From Lingula anatina (lineage: Eukaryota; Animalia; Brachiopoda): 64,000 nucleotides of DNA. This document shows positions 34,343 to 46,543 of the stretch, in pieces; within the stretch, counting starts at the first letter, position 1; the number at the start of each line of letters is the position of its first letter. The stretch spans positions 22,692,001-22,756,000 of the forward strand of contig CM120646.1 in the NCBI GenBank assembly GCA_051362555.1, in the 5' to 3' direction. A model generated the notes under the pieces. It ran no database searches. It was given only the letters and a program-made list of their open reading frames with translations, and was not told the origin of the DNA. The translations under genes and the position numbers were made by a program.

Positions 34343-36533
34343 GGGTGGATGTGTGTGCACGAGCACACATGCGTTCATACACGTGTGTGTGTGTGGTGAG
34401 AAGGCGAGTTCATGTCTTTGATCGTACCCCACTGCCTGTTTAACTTTTTTTATGGTAAAACCTTGGAGTGCACGTTGACCACCCTTGCTTCTCCTAAAAA
34501 TGTAACGTTTGTTTTTATAAGAAATTACAAAAAAAGAAAACATTTCTTTATCACATTTTCGCCCCATATCGTTCTTTTTTACCTGGTTCTTCTAACCTAT
34601 TTCCTTATAGGGCGAACGCCACGGTGACTGAATGTGACAAAAAGCGACCACTGGCGACGCGGATTAAATATCATACACATAAATGAAACATATAAGACGC
34701 CTTTGATTGACGTCACAAATATGATACCGGTTTAGGTTTATACACTAGTGTGTGTTTGCGGTTGTGAACTTCATTGAAAAGATAAGCGCCAAAAACAAAA
34801 ATCACCAGCCTGTCTTAAATTACTTTTATCGCGCACTGATGACAAATTATCGAAATGAGAGTATGCAGTGGTTTAAATATTTGTTATTTTAACTAAATCA
34901 ACAGTCAAAGCTACTGTCAACATTAAAGCTTTTTATCAAAGTTCATGTACTTTTAAAGTCAATCTTAATCTATGGGAATCGAAAGTTGGAAAGTTTACAC
35001 TTTATTCATAGCTGATGACTCAGCGCTGACATACATCTCAGACACGAATGCTGGCATAAATTACGTATACTAAGCCAGCGATACAAGCGCTGTATCATTA
35101 ATTTTTTTTAAATCCTCGATACCAGCAATCGCTTAATTTGGGACAGAAAAAAAGACAACGACAAAACAATACCAATTTTATTGTCAACATGTTGCATTGC
35201 AAGTGCTCTTTCCACCGACCACCTACAAATTCATTTGTCCATTCCCCAACTGACTTTTAGCAGCCTAACTGTTCTTTGTTTTCTATACACCCCCGTTTAC
35301 TTTCGATCGTTGGGCCTTATCAGTAATGATGACAACACTGTTACCGATTATCCTGTAAACCACGGGCCGTTTTCTCAGAAACGACATAAAAACGAGGCTC
35401 ACATACATAACCAAAGGAAGGTGACACCGCACGCGCTATCAAGCGCTTTTGTGATTAAGAGACGTTCAGGTGAGATTTCGGTCTGTTATAATGCTGATCC
35501 TGTGGCAGTCTAACAAACAACAAGCACTTTTAAAAGCTGATGCCTGTAGATCGAGCTTTAGCACCCACCAGACTTCTATAACTCCTCTTGACTTGAATCT
35601 TGCCGGCATTTTTTTGAGTGGATTAGCACTGAGAGGGGAGTTAAGATAATAATCAGCTGTACACGACAGTATTTGTGCACGCATTTAATCTATACACGGT
35701 AGTGAAGTTTCTGATGTTTAAGCGTGTGGGTCATTCGGACATTTTTAATGTCGTCATATTTAAGAATTATCGGTCTCAATACTCGATGTAAAGAGTTGTA
35801 CGTTAAACAAAACATGTTTAAAAGTAAAACAGTATTGGGCACGGTGATCTCCTGAAATCCAGCAGTTTTCTAGCAAGGGTAGATACAGCCAACACAGAGT
35901 AAGGGATGACCTAACAGTGTATTACAATATGATAATCTATAATGATATTGAGCAATCGTGTACAACAGAGTTGAGCAGTGCAGCACGACGACGGTTGAAC
36001 GTACATTTGACAGTTGTATTACATTGTTCAAGATCATGATAATTTATGTACCACTTCAGAAATACATATTCTCCATATACTGTGCAGCTCGCTGTCGACT
36101 GCAGTGTTGACAGTATTATATTTATTCGGCTCTGAATATTCCGTGTATACCACATGCCCCCCCCGGTCCCCCGCCGATTTTTTTAAAAATATATATTTTC
36201 ATTTTTAAAATTGTAAGCGATAACCTTTCTCCCAGTTCGCGAGAAGTCTCTGGCGTTTCTTTTACTGAACGTCTAGATGAAAACCACAGACAGTACAAAT
36301 AACCTGATGGCAATTAAAACAGGTGCCCCCATCCCCTCTTCTCTACCCTCCAAGCATTTTCTCAACCTACGGCCCTATGCAGTGAAGTAGGTGACAATGC
36401 TCTGACTGCTGTGACTCCATATCTGGGTTAAATTTAAGTCACTTTTACCTTTGGATGAGTGCTAATTAGATCACCATGTACTGAGGCACTCTTTATACTG
36501 GTACTACTAGTATTGTAGAATTTAAACGCATTA

Positions 36534-38445
36534 TTTTGACCTAAGCCAGTAAGTTATCTTATCTTAAGGAAATTGCACTCGTTTGAGTAAACATAATATG
36601 TAAACAACTTTAATTTCCTTCTTCTTTGTTTATCTACAGTCTAAAGGTGAAATAATTCTTTTCATTTTTTGACAGGAACCTACTTTTATTTAAAAAAAAA
36701 AACTGTTATTTGCGACCAATGCACTACTCGTGACCTACTAACATGTACTAGTGTGAGTCAAACACGCATTCCATTTTATTCTTCGAGAGAGCCCAAATTA
36801 TTCTCATTACATTCAGTTGCACAAGCAAAGGTGTGTTTTAATGATCACGAGACTTTATTTTACTTTCATTTTGCTTCTGGTTCTAGTTTATGTACAAAGA
36901 AGGTGCTCCTTTTTTCGTTCAAGAAGTGCCCCACACGTCGCTGATATATTATATTTCATTTTTCTTATATTTTAAATGCGTTCTATGAATACTTGTCAGA
37001 GACCTCTGATTAGTGGGTACTTCAAGCCCTCATTCCTAATTCTGTATCATTTGAACATCGTGTGTAGTAGATATCAGTGGCATGTCAAGAGTACGGGTAT
37101 CAACTCCATTATTTTATAAACACTGAAAAGAAGTGATATTATATTTTACATCAGTGGAAAAAGCTTCTGGTTCTAGTTTATGTACAAAGAAGGTGCTCCT
37201 TTTTTCGTTCAAGAAGTGCCCCACACGTCGCTGATATATTATATTTCATTTTTCTTATATTTTAAATGCGTTCTATGAATACTTGTCAGAGACCTCTGAT
37301 GAGTGGGTACTTCAAGCCCTCATTCCTAATTCTGTATCATTTGAACATCGTGTGTAGTAGATATCAGTGGCATGTCAAGAGTACGGGTATCAACTCCATT
37401 AGTTTATAAACACTGAAAAGAAGTGATATTATATTTTACATCAGTGGAAAAAGCGGATAGAAACAAAAAGATTATTATTAAATTATAAACAAAAGAGCAA
37501 ATGAGATATTAGGTAGTCACAATTTCAGTTATACCGGTACATTATAGATATGTAGACAGAGAGATTCATCAGTGAATGAAAAAAAGAAATAAAAAAAAAC
37601 AATTTTATGAAATTATTGGTGATTGTCAGGGATATTTTGACCTAAGCCAGTAAGTTATCTTATCTTAAGGAAATTGCACTCGTTTGAGTAAACATAATAT
37701 GTAAACAACTTTAATTTCCTTCTTCTTTGTTTATCTACAGTCTAAAGGTGAAATAATTCTTTTCATTTTTTGACAGGAAGCTACTTTTATTTAAAAAAAA
37801 AACTGTTATTTGCGACCAATGCACTACTCGTGACCTACTAACATGTACTAGTGTGAGTCAAACACGCATTCCATTTTATTCTTCGAGAGAGCCCAAATTA
37901 TTCTCATTACATTCAGTTGCACAAGCAAAGGTGTGTTTTAATGATCACGAGACTTTATTTTACTTTCATTTTGCTTCTGGTTCTAGTTCATGAACAAAGA
38001 AGGTGCTCCTTTTTTTTCGTTCAAGAAGTGCCACTACACGTCGCTGATATATTATATATTTTTTCTTATATTTTAAATGCGTTCTATGAATACTTGTCAG
38101 AGACCTCTAATGAGTGGGTACTTCAAGCCCTCATTCCTAATTCTGTATCATTTGAATATCGTGTGTAGTAGATATCATTGGCATGTCAAGAGTACGGGTA
38201 TCAACTCCATTAGTTTATAATCACTGAAAAGAAGCGGTATTATATTTTACATCAGTGAAAAAGACGGATAGAAACAAAAAGATTATTATTAAATTATTAA
38301 AAAAAGAGAAAATGAGATATTAGGTAGTCAAAATTTCAGTTATACCGGTACATTATAGATATGTAGACAGAGAGATTCATCAGTGAATGAAAAAAAAATA
38401 AATAAAAAAAACAATTTTATGAAATTATTGGTGATTGTCAGGGAT
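36534..38445. repeat. Recent tandem duplication (~0.8-kb unit twice, with an extra internal ~290-bp copy)
   Basis: attttgacctaagccagtaag starts at ~36534 and ~37634; the gcttctggttctagtt..catcagtg block occurs three times (~36873, ~37163, ~37973); both units end gtgattgtcagggata. Confidence 0.9.
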
Positions 38446-38623
38446 AAAAAGCAATTAAGTATTCTTCACGTGCGAGTTGAGTGTGAATTCAGGATTAAAG
38501 ATCATTAAATGGGCGAAGGTTATCTGAAACTGAAAACAATGAGATCAGGTCAAATATAAGCATCATGTGCTTAGTGCAAATAATATCAATTTTTTTTAAG
38601 CTCGAAGTCTTCCTAATCCCAAC

Positions 38624-41241
38624 ATGATCCAAGGTTACCAGAGCCTTAGCGACGACAGCTCAAATTATGACAGAATCATACACCTTCTTATGGAGGAGGG
38701 GACCAAGCGCGTGCGGGAGCTATTCTTCTCCGCCATCCCCAAGGGTTTAACCCTAGAACACTTTCTCCAGCTCCATCAGCAAGACTTCCAAGACCTGCGC
38801 CAGAAGAACATCATGTCGTCCCCACAATACGCTCTCTTATTCCCGCGGCCCGCGGGAACTCAGCCAGACCCGATGCATTTTGATATCTCACTCCTTGTGA
38901 TTCTTATTCGGTGAGTTTTTAAGCTGTTAAATGTTTATCAACTTCGACATTAACTCTTGCTTATGATGCAGTCTTCCTGTGGTGCTGTCAAGAAATTGTT
39001 TTTAACGTTTTAACATAATTTTTTATTGGGTTATAACACTTCGGGGGATAGATTGCAACTTACAAAATTTCTCTCTCAATATCTTCTTTCCCCCCTACCG
39101 TCTTAAGTCACTCGTGCCCCTCCTAATGCGACCTAGTTCGAGAGATTTAACTGCAGTTATTTATTTTCCTTATTTTAATTGAAAAAGCAGACATGAAAAA
39201 AGGGAATAACTGCCCATAAAAGCTAAGGTTACGTCGGTGTGGTACGATTTTGGTTTTCTGTTTACTCGCCTAGCCTATATCTTATCATTTCCAGATTATT
39301 TCACTTTACCTTAGTGCCATAGTTTATGGTCAAACTTTATTACTTTCAAAACTGCACGATGAATATAACAAAAACAATACTAGAGATAATCAAAAGTGAT
39401 TTGTCCTCTCTCATACCAGCAATGTCACGAGTGGTGGACAGAATGTTTCTTGGAAAGGTCGGCCGAAGTCGCACGAGACACTTCCCGAACATGACGTCAT
39501 GAGGATACGTAACCTGAGGAATACCCTCTATCACAACCCTTCCAGAACTCTCTCTGGCAACCAGTTCTGTAAACTCTGGGAAGAGTTAACGGGTAAATTA
39601 TTTAACTCTTGGGTTTTTATGCACTTAAAAGTGCTAAAGAGAAACTTTTGCTCTTCTTTTTTTTTGTTTTTCTTAGTTTTGCATTTTTTTCAACGAAAAA
39701 ATTGACATTTTGATTATTTATTTAAAATATTGATGGAATATTACTATTATGAATATCAATATTATTTAACCAGTGCCAATAATAATAGAAGTTGCGCTTG
39801 TAAAACGCCATGGCAACCACCTTGAATCTGCAAATTTAAAAAAGAAGTTGATGAATATAAGACATCTTTTTCCTGCATTTATCCACATTCATACAGACAA
39901 TGATCTGTAACAGTTTTAACTGTCGTTGCCTTTCGTTTTAGATGCGCTGTCTCGTCTTGGCACTCCTGATGACGTCATCCAGTATTACGCCGACCGAGAC
40001 CTGGACCCGGAGACAACCAAAGCATGCTTGCTGCAAATGAGACAGCAGAGCATAGAGGAACAACACGCTGTCTACATCCGAGGCAAGAAAAACACTCGGT
40101 CTATGAAGCGGATCTGCCTCTCCTTTGGCGTGTTCTTCACTCTGGTTTTCGTGGCGTTGGTATGTGTCGTGGCGTTTGTCATTTTGCCTGGGCAACACCC
40201 CTGCAAGATGGAACCCGAATGGATTAATTGGCCGGACGACTACAGTAAGTTCTACAAACTCTACCTCTGTCTGTCTGTCTGCCTGTCTGTCTGTCTGACT
40301 GACTGTCCTTCCTCGAGCTCCTGTTTACCTATGGGTCGGTTCCTCAAAAAAGTCATATGGATCGAGAAATGTCGCAGAATAGATGAACATACATGTATGT
40401 TTTAAAGGAAATCACGCCAACTTCGTGACGTCGGCAATGACTTAAATTTAAAACACGACATCACTGTACATTCTAAGTTTTTACCCACGACGATAGTTGA
40501 CATATTTAACGTATTTGTTAACCTTTTCACCATTTTCAGACTCGTATCTCCAGTTCATGCCCCGTGCAGGTTGGGGAGCACGCCACTCCCAGCACGTGTT
40601 GGAGCCGTTCCACCATCTTCCTCTTAACACCACCATCATCTATCACACTGCCAGTATAGAGTGCACCACTAACGAACTCTGCTGCTCTGTCATACAGAAA
40701 ATACAGCTGGACCACATGGAGACGTTTCATCGTAAGTTTCGTCTTATTTTAGTGTATTTCAAAAACATGATTTAATTCCAGAAGTTGTGTATTTTATTGG
40801 CAATATGAACATTTCTCTCTTTTAATTTGAAACTCAACGATTGTGTTTTTACGTCTGTGAAAAAACTGTGTTTGTATATTATAAATTCTTCTTAATATTT
40901 TGAGTTTGGAATGTTTCTCTCGTTTGGACTCTAATCACTAACAAGATCGAAAGCAGAAGTTGGTTAGAGGATAAAATGACCGTGTTCAGCCCATTCCCTA
41001 ACTTCCACATTAATTGTAATTCAGACTGGGATAACATCGGGTATAACTTCTTGATCGGAGAAGATGGCGTTGTCTACGAAGGAAGAGGATGGGACTTCAT
41101 AGGCGCTCATACACCGACGTGGGTGGAGTTTGGCCAGAGAATGACTGGCTGTTTTAATTAAAAATGATGTGGGGGTACCTTGATAATCGAACAATTCAAT
41201 TCTAGGTGATTGGGGACTTCAATTTCCCCATCTTTCTTTTA

Positions 41242-41280
<39 letters not shown>

Positions 41281-42358
41281 TCTCTCTCTCGCTCATACAT
41301 GTACTCTCGCAATATGTATGTCTTTTGCTGGATGGTAAAATGGTCTTTTTTTTACTGCAGATGGAACAAGAAATCAATCGGTATTGCTATGATAGGAAAC
41401 TTCTGCGACCATAAGCCAAACAACATCGCCATGGAGGCCCTTATCAACTTGCTCAAGTAGGTGTTTGGTGCTTTTTGCAGAATATATAGATATAAATGTA
41501 GCGTTCGTTGCCTTCCAAAATCCAGAGGCAGGTTCAGGCCCCGTCTCGCACGATCTCTCGCGAAAATTGAGAGAAAGACCGATCTAAGGCCTATGGAAAC
41601 ACTCCTTAGTGTCCCCAAAACGCACCATATTGTTAAAGACATTAATTGTTGTATGGCAGGATTGTATGCTGAGAAAATTCCTTACGGGGTTGCGGGGAAG
41701 GGGGGGTTAACTGTTAAGAGCCTTCAATACATACAAGCAAGTTATATGTGTATTGCCCTTGGTACTCATGCAGACCCTGACAAAGGAAAAGCAAGGGACT
41801 TTGGATGGATTGGAACTTGACTACTACACCACACAACCTGCGGGTCGGTTTATGATAATGGCGGGACAAAAATTCAATATGAACAGATGCATGTAACTCT
41901 GATCTTTTTCATATTTCAGATATGGCGTTTACCTGGGTAAGCTAGATCCAAATTTCTCAGTGCTTGGCCAGTGTCAGATACGAGAAAGACAAGAAAGTCC
42001 TGGAAAATACCTCTATGACGTAATACGAAAGTGGCGGCACTGGGTAAGGTCAAATAAGGTCATCTAAAGGTTTCTTGAGTTAAAGTAACATTTTCATTTA
42101 CACACTTTTAATACATACTGGTTTCAGCTGAAAGAAGATTTCAAATCATGGTATTACTGCTACAGTCTTGGTGCAAAAAAATTAATACAATAAATTATTT
42201 TTGTCTGCGAAGTTATATTGGGAAATGTGTCTTGCGATTTTTTACGAAAATACATGAAGGGTTTTTATTAATTTTTTCAGAGAGAGGCCCTTCCAAGTGA
42301 GTTTATCGGGAACATATCACTGTCCACAAACTGCACTTGCACCACCGATCCCATGTAA
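38624..42358 (+). CDS. HEPN(DZIP3-type)-transmembrane-PGRP fusion protein, ~448 aa, 8 coding exons
   Basis: Exons 38624-38910, 39420-39592, 39942-40244, 40540-40731, 41025-41118, 41361-41456, 41920-42043, 42281-42358 (1347 nt, open, all GT-AG). HEPN: [58 protein letters not shown]: [29 protein letters not shown]: [73 protein letters not shown]. Confidence 0.88.
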
Positions 42359-44055
42359 AAGTCAAAGATGTATAAGAAAATAAATAATAAGAAGAAAACA
42401 GGATCAGGGTTATGTATATATGTACATTATATTATGATAGGGACGTGTATAGACAAAAGAATACTACCTTGGCTGTATTTAGGAATGGTATAGCGCACAC
42501 TCTACTCATTCACCTTTTTTTTACCTCAATGCTTACTATATATGCATTAGGTTGTGAATAATATGATAAACAACAGAAATTCTCATTAGAAGAACTACCA
42601 CGGAGCTATTTTTCTTGAAAAAATAGTCAAAGACAAGGTATAAGATTAAGACAGATCATAACACAGGGTGTATGAGATTCACTATAGTTACTTGTGATTT
42701 TGAGACACGCACATGCGCCTTTTTGCGTTTGGTCTGAGGGTATCAGTAATTATTTGAACATCAGGTCATCGTTAAAGTGCTATTTAACGCCAGTGTAACG
42801 TGACAGAGAGTCCCCCATGATAAAGAGTACGCGCCCCTTTCATTTGTACAGGTAAGTCTCGCCCCAGATTTTGACTCACCTAGGTCAAGCTAACCCTAAC
42901 CATAATAACTAAATGGAGGGCGAACTTTCTGTTACACGGACCCTCAGTTTCGTTACACCGCTATTGGTTTTGTATATACAACACACCTAGGGTAATTCTT
43001 TCATGTTGAAAACGTTGAAGGTTTATTTGTTTTTGCTGTTTTACCGAATTCAGATTACGGTGAGAACATTTTATTACTCACTGATAATTTGTATATACCA
43101 TTATTAAATACCCAAATGATATTTCTGTAATTTCATTGTGTCTGTTATTCTTTGTCGTGCGTTCATTTAGTTTCTGGTACCTTATATAGTTTAGTTGTCC
43201 ACCAATTTAAATCGAGTTAAGCATATATTGACAAAAGCATGTAGCTGGTGCCTTCATTCCAAACCGTATATCTGAAACAAAAACGACGAGGTGGCCTTTT
43301 AGGAAACGTCATTCTTGTTTTAGACACAGAAACCTTGGTCACAGAAACCTTGTTAAAATACGAGGTAACCCGAGACAACTTTCAAGTATATTTAGAACTA
43401 GACCCTGAATTTAAGTAAATTAAGATTTTTCATTCACGGTACACTTAACACTCCCTCTGTATAAATTCGTTGAGAAGTTTTTACTTACATAAGAATTGGT
43501 AGCAATTTCTTTCCCTTCCTTGTTTTTTCGACAAACAAATCGGTTTAAGATCCAACTTTGAGAAAAAATGAAGAACCAGAGAAAATCTACCACGAAGCGT
43601 CTTATTGTTGCAGTCCTTTTAAAGTTTGAACAGATATAACTTCACGTGATTTCATACTTACGAAAATTACAAATACATGTACTTCACATGAGGGAAGCTC
43701 AAGTAAGTCGACAACAATCACATGTAAAGTTCACGACACTGGAATGCAGATTTTTACGTATCTGTTTTGTCATAACTACACAATAAAACTATAATGATAT
43801 TGATATAATTTTCTTACATTGCCTAAAGCTGAATTTCACGATTGCATCACCCAAACAATCAGTTAAAAAGAGTTACGGCAACCGTCTACTCTGGTAATTA
43901 CCAGTACACTTTAACTTCATTAATTTTGATTGGGATTTATTAAACACAGGAAGTTTGAACACAACCAGCTAGAAACAGTTTAAATTAGTTAAATGTAAGT
44001 TAAAGAAGGAACCAAGCTGAGTCTACTCCAAAATAAATGAAAATTATTATTACTT

Positions 44056-44503
44056 TTACTGCCAGACGGGGGTGCCATCGGCTTTGTGGATATGGGGTTT
44101 CAACGGGTTGTTATCAGGACCCTGAGTATAATAAATATAAGGCGGGCAACATTTTCCCTGGTATAAGCAAGGACCTTTGTTCATGCCATCACACCAACAT
44201 CCGGTTCCGGTGGAATCTGGGATGACGTCATGGGAGTAGTAGAGCGCGCGCGGACAGCACATGTGGATGCCGCACTGACAGTTACAACCACACCAACAGC
44301 TGGAGCCACCACGGCAAGACGAGCTTCCACCAGCTGGGCCTGTTGGGCCCGTCGCACCATTTGGCCCTTGGGGTCCTGCAGGGCCGGGCTCGCCAGGGGC
44401 CCCGTCTTCCCCGTTATACCCCCTCGGACCAGTAGGACCTTGAGGACCTGGGGATCCCACGCCTGAGGTAAATAAAGGATATATTCATATAATGGATGTT
44501 GTA

Positions 44504-44541
<38 letters not shown>

Positions 44542-46507
44542 GTGTTATTATTATCATGCCAATTGGCTGTGCAGTGTTCTCTTCGGTGTTTGAATCTCAA
44601 ATGTGCAGTTATCTAAAAAAGCATCACCGAATCTTAACAAAGTGGCATTTACTGATGTTCACATATTTTGCTTTTCACAAGGCAATAATTTCCTTTACAA
44701 AATGTCAGAAACAAGATAAGACACGGTAAACACTTTAATATATGTAAGAATATAGCCACGCTAACGCCACTTACCTGGCGCCCCTGGTTCTCCAGGACTG
44801 CCGTTCTCTCCAGCCGGACCTTGTGGTCCTGTGGGTCCTTGAGGCCCAGCACTGCCGTCCTCCCCGGGAAATCCGGCTGGTCCTTGCGGTCCTTGGGGTC
44901 CTGTTGGCCCCTGTGGTCCAGGCATACCCACACCAGTGGGGCCCTGTGGACCAGCGGGACCCTGGGGACCCTGTTCTCCCGGCCTGCCATCAGAGCCAGG
45001 GGAACCACTTTGACCCGGGGACCCGCTTGCTCCACGTGGTCCGGTAGGTCCGGCAGGACCCATCTGACCTGGCTCCCCGTTAGTTCCTGGGGTCCCTCGT
45101 GGTCCTTGTGGTCCTGTGCTTCCGTCACGTCCGGGTGAACCTTGAAAGATAAGGGGAGAGCAATATGACTTCAGAGGGCACCTAAAACTGTTCTATACTT
45201 TTTATATGTGTACAATATTTATTACATTATAAAGAAACGTGTACCATGATGTTGACATCGACATGGATGATTCTTTGCATACCTCCACCGCCAAAGTATC
45301 ACGTGAGAAAAATGAAAGAAAGATACAGAAATATATAGCCAATGAAAAAGGAAGAAGGAGATAGAAATTGGCCTGGAAATTTTAGCCCCACTTTAGTCTG
45401 TCAGGTAATAAGAAAAATGTACGACGAGAATATTACTTTTTTGTATAGCACATTTTACGTAATACATACCTTCAGGACCCCTGTCACCAGGTCTACCCGG
45501 TGCACCAGCGGGACCTTGAGGACCTTGTGGCCCCCTTGACCCCGTACTACCTTGTGGTCCGTCTTCCCCGTCACTGCCGTCACGACCAGGTGACCCAGCC
45601 ACGCCTCGTGGACCCTGCGGACCTGTACTACCAGGTGCCCCCGGTCTCCCAGGTTCTCCCTGGACAGACTGACCCCGGGGCCCTGTAGGACCGGTTGGTC
45701 CCTGGGGACCTGCAACCCCGGGCCTTCCTGCCGCCCCTATCCCACCGTCGTTACCGGGGTTTCCTCGTGGACCAGTGGGCCCTTGGGGTCCCCTAGCACC
45801 GGGAGAACCAGCAGGTCCGGGATTACCGCGCGCTCCTTGACTCCCTCCTGGACCTGTTGCACCACGAGCACCCGGGCGGCCTGGTTCCCCAGGACTACCG
45901 TCTCTGCCCCTGGGACCGGCTGGGCCTGTAGGACCTCGGTCACCCGCCCGGCCTTGTGGTCCTTGACTGCCGGGTCTGCCCGGTTCACCTGAAGGATGGG
46001 GTTTGAGAAACCCTGTATTATTTTTGTGCATGTATCAAAAACAAATGTGCACTGTTGCTCATAAGTGAAGCAATGCCTTATTTTTTTCAAAGCCTCCTAT
46101 AGTATAGCCTGCTAGTGTAAAGGTCATTATTTGAAAAGCCACTGGGGCTGTGCATTTTTATCATACACATGTATTTGATAAATTATTCTGCATTTTAGTC
46201 ATTACTTTTGGTCTTGTCCTATTGATCTCTTATCGAAGCCAACTTCAAATAACTGATATGTTCCTAGGACAAATATCTAAAGTCTAATTATTAAACGGAC
46301 GCTCCTCTGATTTCACTTGACCAGCGACTACTCAGGTAGTGGATATGGTATTTACCCTATTGGTGATTAAGGGGGGCTGCTAAAATATCTGGTTCAAATT
46401 CTTTTCGTTTTGCTGTATTCATTTTGCTACATACATTTTGCTATTATTGTATGCCTTTTATTAGCGTTTGCAGCTGCTGGTTAATCCTGCGCGCGCACAC
46501 GCACACG

Positions 46508-46543
<36 letters not shown>

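Noticed and set aside
33745-34567. Several 186-249 aa ORFs (SLSPP / GERER repeats)
   Set aside because: Translations of the CT/GA microsatellite in multiple frames; no real coding signal.
42791-42960. Small element with GTGTAAC...GTTACAC inverted ends
   Set aside because: Single copy in the window with short TIRs and no clear target-site duplication.
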